Assembly (NCBI GenBank): GCA_963847705.1
Contig: CAWKBC010000030.1
Coordinates: 288,001-352,000, forward strand
Origin: an uncultured Pseudomonadota bacterium
GTDB taxonomy: Bacteria > Myxococcota_A > Polyangia > Fen-1088
DNA length: 64,000 bases
Direction: 5' to 3'
Position numbers and translations under genes: made by a program. A model generated the notes under the pieces. The model was given only the letters and a program-made list of their open reading frames with translations. It ran no database searches and had not been told where the DNA came from. This document shows, in pieces, positions 49,008 to 56,935 of the stretch. Numbering within the stretch: position 1 is the stretch's first letter; every line of letters starts with the position of its first letter.

Positions 49008-49070
49008 GCGGGCATCCTAGACCAACCGCCGCCGTCTGGCCGTTCCCGGTCGCGGCGCTATATTCCCGCG

Positions 49071-49460
49071 ATGTCCGCCGCCGCGCCGGGCTGCAAGGCC
49101 AACATCTCTCCGTCGGGTCGCCGCAGGCGGTTGCGCTTCGGCAACCAGTGGCTGCTCGTCTCGGTGGCGCTGCTGGTGGTGCTGGTGGTCCTGCGCGTCC
49201 CCTGGTACGGCGGGCTGGCGCTGTTCATTCCGGCGGCGCTGTCGGCGATCGGGTTCCTGCAGGCGCGTCGCAACACCTGCGTCATGCGCGCGAAGGAAGG
49301 GACCTTCGAGCACGACGACTTCTCGGCGACCAGGGCGCCGGACGCAGACGTCGCCGCCAGCCGCGCGGTCGCCGCCAGGATCAACCGCGACGTGATCCTG
49401 ATCGGCGTCGCCGGCGCCGCGATCGGCGCTGTGGTGGCCAAGGTTTTTCACCCCCTCTGA
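49071..49460 (+). CDS. small membrane protein
   Basis: Three hydrophobic segments; NISPSGRRRR and GFLQAR..TCV motifs. Confidence 0.7.
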   Translation: MSAAAPGCKANISPSGRRRRLRFGNQWLLVSVALLVVLVVLRVPWYGGLALFIPAALSAIGFLQARRNTCVMRAKEGTFEHDDFSATRAPDADVAASRAVAARINRDVILIGVAGAAIGAVVAKVFHPL

Positions 49461-49481
49461 GCCTCGCGCGCCCTCGGAGGG

Positions 49482-50960
49482 CTAAAACTCGAGGTGGCCG
49501 CGCAGGGAGAGGACCCAGACGGGCCCGCGCGCGCTGTTGTAGCCGGGGTTGGCCACGAACTGCACGTCCTCTGCCGCGAAGGCCCCGCCCCAGATGTGGA
49601 AGTTGTAGTACTGCTCGACGATCGTCTCGCGCGCGTAGCTGAGGTAGCTGCCGCCGGGCACTACGGGGCAGGTCGGCGGGGGTGCCATGTCGTTGCACCC
49701 CGGACCATCGCCGAGGATGAAGCCGAAACCGCCCAGTCGCAGGTACTCGGCGTGCAAGCTGGAGATCCCGTTGCTGACGAACGCCAGCCCGATGCGATCG
49801 TCGGGACGGCGCCAGCGCGTCCCGCGGACGTCGCCGCCGATCTCGAAGGTGTTGTCGACCTCGGTGTAGGCGAAGCTCTCGTTCTTGCCGTCGTTCCAGC
49901 CGATGCGACCGAACGCGCGAAACAGCGGCCCCAGCTCTTGATACTCGTTGATGCCGAAGCCGTACTTGGTCCGACCGTTCTGGCGTGAGGCCGTGATGTC
50001 CGGGGTCGACCCGGTCGCCTCCGACGTGGCGATGGCGTCGGCGTAGCTCCCCATCGCGGCCTGGTTCAGATAGCCGAGGAGGCGCGTCGTCCCCGCCCAG
50101 TCCGGCCGGCGGCTGTACTTGATCTCCAATTCCAGGTTCTGCGCCCGATTCTGGCCGATGTCCCAGTCGAGATTTTCGCCATTCGCCACCGTCGGCATCA
50201 GCATGAGGCCGTAGCGTGCCTCGACGAACGGCCCCTGGTACTCGAGCACGACTCCGTAGGTGTAGCCGCGCGTGTCGGCGGCGTAGTCCCAGGCGCCGTT
50301 GTTGTCGACGGTCCAGTTCATGAACTGCATGTGGCTGTCGGAGCCGGCGGGGTTGATGTCGAACAGATCGGCGGTCGACATCTTGCCCACCCGGATCTCC
50401 AGCCGGTGGCGCGGGACGTAGGCGAACGAGGAGATCGGCCCACGGTCGGTGTTCACCTCCCAGACGTCGCTGAGCGGGATGAGTTGGTGGATCTCGAGGC
50501 GCGCCACGTAGGGATCGTGCGGCAGCGACGGGTTGCGCACGACGTCGAGGTTGGTGAACCCGGCGATGCCGAGGGCCTTCGAGAGCCCGCCGCCGACCGC
50601 GACCTCGCCGTCGAGGATGATCTCCGTCGTCCTGGTGGCCCGATGTCCGGTGAAGACCGTGAACAGTCCCGAGATGGCGGCGCCGCTGTCGCCCTTGGGC
50701 GCAAAGCTGTTCACCCCGGAATACGGAGAGGTGAGCGGCAGGTTGAACTGGGCGATGCTGTTGGCCTCCATGCCGAACCAGTAGTCGAGATCGGGGTCGT
50801 GGTTCAGGAAGGTGATGTCACTGCCGGCCTTGGGGGCGGTCTCCGGCTCCTCCGGGTTCTTGGCCATCGCCGCCCGCGACGCCAAGGCGATCGCGGCCGC
50901 GGCGATCGCGGCCAGAAGAATGGGTGCCGCCTTGGACGAGCGGTGATGCCTGTTTTGCAT
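49482..50960 (-). CDS. OprB-family carbohydrate/metal (MnoP-like) porin
   Basis: Signal peptide; QFMNW, AWDYAADTRGYTYG, GWNDG..ESFAYTE, NPGYNSARGPV, terminal HLEF; alternative start TTG 50969. Confidence 0.85.
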   Translation of the reverse strand: MQNRHHRSSKAAPILLAAIAAAAIALASRAAMAKNPEEPETAPKAGSDITFLNHDPDLDYWFGMEANSIAQFNLPLTSPYSGVNSFAPKGDSGAAISGLFTVFTGHRATRTTEIILDGEVAVGGGLSKALGIAGFTNLDVVRNPSLPHDPYVARLEIHQLIPLSDVWEVNTDRGPISSFAYVPRHRLEIRVGKMSTADLFDINPAGSDSHMQFMNWTVDNNGAWDYAADTRGYTYGVVLEYQGPFVEARYGLMLMPTVANGENLDWDIGQNRAQNLELEIKYSRRPDWAGTTRLLGYLNQAAMGSYADAIATSEATGSTPDITASRQNGRTKYGFGINEYQELGPLFRAFGRIGWNDGKNESFAYTEVDNTFEIGGDVRGTRWRRPDDRIGLAFVSNGISSLHAEYLRLGGFGFILGDGPGCNDMAPPPTCPVVPGGSYLSYARETIVEQYYNFHIWGGAFAAEDVQFVANPGYNSARGPVWVLSLRGHLEF

Positions 50961-50965
50961 GGCGT

Positions 50966-51481
50966 TCAACCGACGACCTTGCGCGCGATCGCCCGGTAGA
51001 GGCGGGCCAGGCGGCGGGTCAACGCGCCGTCGCGGAGCCGCAGCGACTCCGTCATCCGGTGGCCGACCGCGTAGAGCGCCGCCGCGCGCCGCCGGCGTTG
51101 AAAGCGGGCCAGCGCCCGCGCGTCCAGCCGGTCCAGCGTCGGCAGCGGCCGCGACGGCGTGTGGGGGAACGAGATGGCGCGGCCGACCACCGCTGCGCGC
51201 AGGCAGGTGGCGAAGGTCGACTTCGGCGCGTCCCCCTGGTGAATGACATAGCGGTTTTCGCCCTTGGAGAAGAGGTGCATGACCCGGTGGAGCAGCAGAT
51301 CCTGTCCGTCGTCGGTCAGCACCAGCACGATGTCGCCCGGGTGGATCTCCTCGGGGGCGGGCTCGATCTTCACCTTCGCGCCGCGCTCGATGGCGGGGCT
51401 CATGCTGTCGGCCACGACCTCGGTCACCACGGGCAGGCCGTGGGCAAGCACCATCCGGACCGCCTGGGGACGGAGGTTCAC
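50966..51481 (-). CDS. S24/S26-family peptidase (Ser-His type)
   Basis: DSMSPAI, PGDIVLV, LLHRV, HQGD, VVGRA. Confidence 0.75.
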   Translation of the reverse strand: MNLRPQAVRMVLAHGLPVVTEVVADSMSPAIERGAKVKIEPAPEEIHPGDIVLVLTDDGQDLLLHRVMHLFSKGENRYVIHQGDAPKSTFATCLRAAVVGRAISFPHTPSRPLPTLDRLDARALARFQRRRRAAALYAVGHRMTESLRLRDGALTRRLARLYRAIARKVVG

Positions 51482-51589
51482 TGGTTCACCGCGCGCAGTA
51501 TATCGACGTTCGCCGGCCCGTCGACGGAGATGCGGCCGCGCCGGGTCTCTGGAAATCGGTCAGGCGGGCATGGGCGCCGACCGTCCGGT

Positions 51590-52771
51590 ATGCTGAACCG
51601 CATGGCTGTGACGGTCGCGGACTTCGACGCGCCGGGCGCGCGTGCCGAGACGGGCGAGCGTGCCGCCGTCTGGCCTCTGTGGTGCGCGCTCGGGTCCTCG
51701 CTGGCGGCGGCCTTCGGCGTGCACTGGGACATCGCCTGGCACCGGTCTATCGGACGGGACGCCTTTCTGACGCCGCCGCACGTGGCGATCTACACGGCCG
51801 CGGTGCTGGCGGCGGTGGCGGCTCTGGCCCAGATCATCCCGGCGACGTTCGGACGCCGTGAGGCGCACCCGGCGGCCGTGCGCGTGCTCGGGTTCCGCGG
51901 GCCGCTCGGGGCCTTCATCTCGGCCTGGGGCGGCGTCACCATGCTCGCCTCGGCGCCGTTCGACGACTGGTGGCACCGCAGCTACGGGCTGGACGTGAAG
52001 ATCCTGAGCCCGCCGCACATCGTGCTGGCGCTCGGCCTCCTGGCCTTGCACCTCGGCGCGCTGGTGATGCTGGCGGGTGCGATGAACCGCAGCGAAGGCG
52101 CGCGCCGCCCGGTGCTGGAGGTGCTGGTGCTGATCGTGGGCGGGAACATGATCGTCGCGCTGACCACGCTGTTCATGGAGAAGACGGTCCGTCCCTTCAT
52201 GCACCTGGGGTCGTTTTATTTGATCATCGGGCTCTGCGTGCCGGTGGTGCTTTCGGCGGTGCAGGGGGCGACCCGCCGACGTTGGGGCGGAGCGCTGTCG
52301 ATCGGCGTTTACTCGATCTTCTTGCTGGCGCTGCTCTGGACCTTCCCGCTGGTTCCGGCGCAGCCGAAGCTGGGACCGGTGCTGGTGCCGGTCACCAACC
52401 TGATCCCGCCCGAGTTCCCCTTGCTCCTGCTGCCGGCCGCGCTGGCGCTCGACGCCTGGTTCTGGCGGCGGCGCGCGCGCCCCGGGATCGCCACGGTGGG
52501 CGGCGGCGCGCTGCTGTTCACCGCGGTCTTCCTGGTCTGCCAGTGGCCGTTCGCGATGTTCCTGATGTCGCCGCCCGCGCGCAACTTCTTCTGGGGGGCG
52601 CGCTACTTCGACTTCTGGATGCCGGCGTTCACCCACTACCGCCGTTATCAGTTCCTCTCCGAGCCCGGGTCGGCGACGGTCGGCTGGCTGCTGGCGGCGG
52701 TGGTCGGTACGGGGCTGTCGATCGCGGCCGGCCGCGCCGCGGGCCGCTGGCTGGGCCGCCTGCGGCGATGA
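51590..52771 (+). CDS. polytopic membrane protein with PmoC/AmoC-like metal-binding motifs and a PmoA-like C-terminal segment
   Basis: DIAWHRSIGRDAFLTPPH and DDWWHRSYGLDVKILSPPH; about 10 hydrophobic helices; start 51590 or 51602. Confidence 0.7.
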   Translation: MLNRMAVTVADFDAPGARAETGERAAVWPLWCALGSSLAAAFGVHWDIAWHRSIGRDAFLTPPHVAIYTAAVLAAVAALAQIIPATFGRREAHPAAVRVLGFRGPLGAFISAWGGVTMLASAPFDDWWHRSYGLDVKILSPPHIVLALGLLALHLGALVMLAGAMNRSEGARRPVLEVLVLIVGGNMIVALTTLFMEKTVRPFMHLGSFYLIIGLCVPVVLSAVQGATRRRWGGALSIGVYSIFLLALLWTFPLVPAQPKLGPVLVPVTNLIPPEFPLLLLPAALALDAWFWRRRARPGIATVGGGALLFTAVFLVCQWPFAMFLMSPPARNFFWGARYFDFWMPAFTHYRRYQFLSEPGSATVGWLLAAVVGTGLSIAAGRAAGRWLGRLRR

Positions 52772-54222
52772 GACGCGCGGTCGCGATCGCCGCCGCGGCG
52801 GCGTTGCTCGCGCTCGGTCCCGCGGCGGAGGCCCACGTGGGAAGCCCGGACGCCGTGCAAGACGGCCACGCTGGTCCCTACCACCTGCTGGTGACCATCC
52901 GTCCGCCCGAGGTGATCCCGGGGATCGCCCAGATCGAGATCCGCGCGCTGGACGACGACGTGGCGCGGGTCTCGGTCGTGCCGCTGCCGCTGCGTGGACC
53001 GGGGGCCAGCTCGCCGCCGGTGGCCGACGTGGCCCGGGCGAGGCCCGACGATCCGCACGTCTTCGACAGCGCGCTCTGGCTGATGCAGACCGGTGCCTGG
53101 CAGATCCGCGTGACCGCGGAGGGAGCCCGCGGCGCCGGGGTGATGGGCGTGCCGATCCCGGCGCTGGCGCGCACGGTGCGTCCGATGCCCGGCTTCCTGG
53201 CTCTCCTGCTGTTCGCGCTGATGGCGCTCTTGGTGGCGGGGGCGATCGCCATCATGGGGGCCGGCCTGCGCGAGTCGGACCTGGCGCCCGGCGCAGCTCC
53301 CGACGACCGCCGCATCGCGCGCGGCCGGACGGCGATGGCGGTAACCGCGGGGATCCTGGCTCTGGCGCTCGTGGGCGGGCGACGCTGGTGGAACGGCGAG
53401 GCCGGATCGTACCGGCGCCTCGTTTACAAGCCGATGGGGGTCTCGGTCGCGCAGCCGGCCCCTGGTCGTCTCGACCTGACGCTGTCCGATCCTGGCTGGT
53501 TGCGCTGGCGACACACCGACGATCTGATCCCCGATCATGGGCATCTGATGCACCTGTTCCTGGTGCGGGCGCCGGGGCTCGACGCCATCGCCCACCTGCA
53601 TCCACGGCGCACGGGGGAGGCCACCTTCGCGCAGGCGACGCCCGCCTTGCCGGCAGGATCTTACCGGCTGTTCGGGGACATCGTTCATCAGACCGGCCTC
53701 GACGAGACGGTGACCGCCACGCTGGAGCTGGCCGGCGCGGCCGGTCCCCCTGCGGGCGCGCCCTTCGATCCCGACGACGCCAGCGCGCTCATCCCGCGCG
53801 CGGCCACCGTCGACGCTCCGTCGTTCGTCTTCGCCGACGGCAGCGGTCGCCTGCGCTGGGTCGACGCGCGCGCCCCCCGTGCCGGTCAGACGGTCGCGCT
53901 CGCCTTCGAGGTGGAGGATCCCGACGGCCGCCCGGCGGCCGGCATCGAGCCCTACATGGGGATGGCGGGACACGCGATGATCGTGGCGCGCGACTTCAGC
54001 GTGTTCGCGCATGTCCACCCCACCGGCTCGGTGCCGATGGCGGCGATGGCGCTGATCGAAGGGGCGGGCGTGGTCGACCACGCCCACCACCTCGGGATGA
54101 CGTTCGCGCCGCGCGTTCAGTTTCCGGTCGTCTTCCCGCGCGCCGGCGACTACCGGCTGTTCGTTCAGATCAAACGGAACGAACGTGTCGAGACGGCGGC
54201 TTTCGATTTGACGGTGCGCTGA
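52768..54222 (+). CDS. exported His/Met-rich metal-binding protein with PmoB-like topology
   Basis: ATGA overlap; signal peptide AEA|HVGS; beta domain, two TM helices, then DHGHLMH...HLHP and YMGMAGH...HVHP domains. Confidence 0.7.
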   Translation: MRRAVAIAAAAALLALGPAAEAHVGSPDAVQDGHAGPYHLLVTIRPPEVIPGIAQIEIRALDDDVARVSVVPLPLRGPGASSPPVADVARARPDDPHVFDSALWLMQTGAWQIRVTAEGARGAGVMGVPIPALARTVRPMPGFLALLLFALMALLVAGAIAIMGAGLRESDLAPGAAPDDRRIARGRTAMAVTAGILALALVGGRRWWNGEAGSYRRLVYKPMGVSVAQPAPGRLDLTLSDPGWLRWRHTDDLIPDHGHLMHLFLVRAPGLDAIAHLHPRRTGEATFAQATPALPAGSYRLFGDIVHQTGLDETVTATLELAGAAGPPAGAPFDPDDASALIPRAATVDAPSFVFADGSGRLRWVDARAPRAGQTVALAFEVEDPDGRPAAGIEPYMGMAGHAMIVARDFSVFAHVHPTGSVPMAAMALIEGAGVVDHAHHLGMTFAPRVQFPVVFPRAGDYRLFVQIKRNERVETAAFDLTVR

Positions 54223-54270
54223 AGCGCGCTGTCGGTGCGCTGAAGCGGGCTCACGGTGCGCTGACCGCGC
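54212..54270. repeat. 21-bp tandem repeat x~3 (CGGTGCGCTGAAGCG...) containing the upstream gene's stop codon
   Basis: Units at 54212, 54233 and 54254. Confidence 0.85.
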
Positions 54271-54276
54271 CGGCGC

Positions 54277-55035
54277 TCAGCTGGCCACCTGTTTGAGGTC
54301 GGATTTGAGCGCGGCCAGGTTGAACCCCGACGGAGCCGGCTTCGTGCCGGCCCACAGCTCGGAGAGGCAGGCGTAGGCCTCGTCGCAGTAGGCGTCCCAG
54401 AACGACCAGGTCATCTTCTTTTTCTGACCCCAGGTGATGATGGTGAGGCCATGCGCGTCGTAGGCCTCGACGACGACGGCGTGGCCGCCCCACGAGCCCG
54501 GCGCGCCGGTGCCGGTCGGACCGCCCGGCGGAACCGACCAGACCTTCTGCTGCTGCGCCGACACCGGCAGCGCGAGACCGATGTACGAACCGCCGAACAG
54601 ATCGACCGCCGCCTGAACGTGAAGGTGGTTCTTTGGCTCCAGCGCCACGAAGGCGTCGATCTTGTAGCCGCCCACGCCGGTCTTGCGCCAGTAGCGGAGC
54701 ACGTCGAGCTCGACGGCGCCGCGATCGGTGCTGGGATCCTTGGGGTTGTAGCCGGTCACCGCCTCGTAGGTCTTCAGGATCGTTTGGTCGGGAAGGACGA
54801 TCTCCTTCGGGCCTGCATTCGCCGTCCAGGCCTGGATGAAGTGCCCCACGGCCGCGCAGGTGCAATCGCCCAGCTTGTCGTTCAACATCATCCCCCAGTT
54901 GGACGCTGCCTTCGTCGTCCAGTCCTGGGCCGGCGGGATCGTCGGCAGCTCGAGGTAGTTCGCCATCTGCAGCGTGCGCGGGTCGTGGTGCGCCGGTTTC
55001 TTTCCGAGCTTGTAGATCGAATGGTCGACGGTCAT
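54277..55035 (-). CDS. papain-like cysteine peptidase (C1-related)
   Basis: DW...NDKLGDCTCAA, GGHAVVVEAYD, ITWG; GGGAG RBS before ATG 55035. Confidence 0.7.
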   Translation of the reverse strand: MTVDHSIYKLGKKPAHHDPRTLQMANYLELPTIPPAQDWTTKAASNWGMMLNDKLGDCTCAAVGHFIQAWTANAGPKEIVLPDQTILKTYEAVTGYNPKDPSTDRGAVELDVLRYWRKTGVGGYKIDAFVALEPKNHLHVQAAVDLFGGSYIGLALPVSAQQQKVWSVPPGGPTGTGAPGSWGGHAVVVEAYDAHGLTIITWGQKKKMTWSFWDAYCDEAYACLSELWAGTKPAPSGFNLAALKSDLKQVAS

Positions 55036-55184
55036 CGGTCTCCTCCCTGTGGTTGATCTCCCGGTGGCACCCCCCCTAACGCACGACCGGACGAAGAATT
55101 CTGCGCCGATCCCATCGGCGCTGGCGAGCGAATCTTGATTGCCCGTGCCGGATGTCACCCGACGGGGAAAAATCGTTACCGAGG

Positions 55185-56834
55185 TTACGAATAACCTGCG
55201 GACTTGAGCTTTGCCTTCGCCATCGCGGCGACCTTGCTGCGGCCCGAGCCGGCGAGATCCGACAGGATCTCCTCGCCGGCAGCATTCCGGCGCTCGATGA
55301 GCGCGAAGCCGATCTGGTAGCGCTGGTCCGGTTCGAGCGCGCGATCTTTGCGCACGGCAGCGGCCAGATCGAAGCCGCGCTCCAGCAGCTGGGCGAAGAT
55401 GACCAGCGCCTCGTCGCGCCGGCCCGCGCCGAGCTCGGCGGAGGCGAGCGCGTAGCCGTCGTCGGCGGTCGCGTCGGCCGACTGCCCGAGGAGGCGCAGG
55501 ATCGCCAGCGCGCCGTCGGTGTTCTTGCGCTTGCGCTGCTTCCCCGCCTCCGCGCGCAGGCCTGCCGCGGTCGATGCGCGATCGAGCTCGCGGGCCAGCG
55601 GCACCAGCGCGTCTGCATGGGCGCCGCCCCGTCCGACGCGCGCCACGGCCAGGCTCACCAGCACGCCCGCCAGCTTCTTCCCGGCGGCCTCGGTTCCTTT
55701 TTCGAGCAGCGCGCGCGCCTGCGGCCGCAACAGGCGCGCCAGCAGCGCGACGCGCCCATCGTCGCCGCGATTGGATTCGGTGGCCGCCAGCGCCCGCCCG
55801 AGCGCCAGCGCCCCGTCGGCCCGCGCGCCGAGGGCCGCGGCGGCGGCCTCGGCCCGCCCGCGATCGGTGGTCGACGACAGCACGGCGCCGAGGCTGCTGC
55901 CGCCCGCGGCGCCGGTGATCTGCGCCAGCCGCTCGATCGCCAGCAGGGCCCGCTCCGGCTCGCCGCCGAGCGCGATCTTCTGCAGCCTCGGCGCGATCGC
56001 CGGCGGCAGCTCCAGACTGGCCAGCGAGTAGAGCGCGGCGCGCGCCAGCTCCGGCGTCGCGCGCTCGGCCAGCTCCGCGAGCGCCGTGGCCACCGCCGTC
56101 GCCTTGCCGCGGGCCGTGAAGCGCAGCGCGACGATCGCCTCCTCGCGCAGGGCGGGCGGCTGCTTTCCGTCGCGGGCGAACGCCAGCAGCGTCGGCACGG
56201 CCGCCGGGTCTTCGAGATACCCCAGAATCTTCAGGCCGCCGCTCACCAGCCCCAGCGATCCGCCCTTGCGCGAGGCGGCCGCGCGCGCCTTCAGCAGCTT
56301 GGTCACCTCGGCCAGGTAGGCGGCCTTCTCGCGGGCGCTCGCCTCCTTCACCCGCTGCCGCACCGCCAGCGCCGCGGCGCGCGCCGCCTCGAGGTCGGGC
56401 GTGTCCAGCGAGGCCAGCAGCGCCTTGAAGGCGTCCTTGCCGCCCACGCGTCCGAGCACCTCCTCGAGCGCACGCCGCTCCAGCGGGTCGGTCGCCGCCC
56501 CCAGCCGCGTGCGCACCGGGCCGATGGCCTCTTCGCCGATGGCGATCGCCGCGTCGACGGCGGCGCGCCGCACGGCCTCATCGCGGGCGGCGAGGGCGCC
56601 GAGCACGGCCGGCATCGCGCGCCGCCCGCCCGTCCCGGAGGCCACCCGCCCGAGCGCATCCAGCGCGTGCCGCTGCACCGGCGGGAGCCCGCGCGCCACT
56701 GCCGCCCCGAGCGCGTCGATCACCGCCGCGTCGCGCGCGCCGAGCTCGCCCAGCACGATCGCGGCGGCGATCTGCCGCTCGTGCGCGGCGCTCTCGAGCA
56801 GCGCCAGAATCCTGCGGAGCTGCGGATCGGCCAC
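55185..56834 (-). CDS. HEAT-repeat protein
   Basis: All-helical Ala/Leu-rich repeats (AAAIVLGEL, ALDALGRV, LKILGYLEDPAAVPTLL); start GTG 56834. Confidence 0.8.
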   Translation of the reverse strand: MADPQLRRILALLESAAHERQIAAAIVLGELGARDAAVIDALGAAVARGLPPVQRHALDALGRVASGTGGRRAMPAVLGALAARDEAVRRAAVDAAIAIGEEAIGPVRTRLGAATDPLERRALEEVLGRVGGKDAFKALLASLDTPDLEAARAAALAVRQRVKEASAREKAAYLAEVTKLLKARAAASRKGGSLGLVSGGLKILGYLEDPAAVPTLLAFARDGKQPPALREEAIVALRFTARGKATAVATALAELAERATPELARAALYSLASLELPPAIAPRLQKIALGGEPERALLAIERLAQITGAAGGSSLGAVLSSTTDRGRAEAAAAALGARADGALALGRALAATESNRGDDGRVALLARLLRPQARALLEKGTEAAGKKLAGVLVSLAVARVGRGGAHADALVPLARELDRASTAAGLRAEAGKQRKRKNTDGALAILRLLGQSADATADDGYALASAELGAGRRDEALVIFAQLLERGFDLAAAVRKDRALEPDQRYQIGFALIERRNAAGEEILSDLAGSGRSKVAAMAKAKLKSAGYS

Positions 56835-56855
56835 GATGCCCGATGGTAGCCGTCG

Positions 56856-56881
56856 CCCCCGCCCTTTGGCAAAAGGCGGGG
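56856..56881. terminator. hairpin between the MYXO-CTERM gene and the HEAT gene
   Basis: CCCCGCCCTTTG-GC-AAAAGGCGGGG imperfect inverted repeat. Confidence 0.4.
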
Positions 56882-56935
56882 CCGCCGCGCCTTTGCGCCA
56901 CCCCGATTCGGGCTGAGCGGTGGTTAAGCGGTGGC

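Noticed and set aside
51590-54222. Calling this a bona fide pmoCAB/amoCAB operon
   Set aside because: Two genes rather than three, CuB HxH absent, CuD Asn replaced, and similarity limited to motifs; only a distant relationship is supportable
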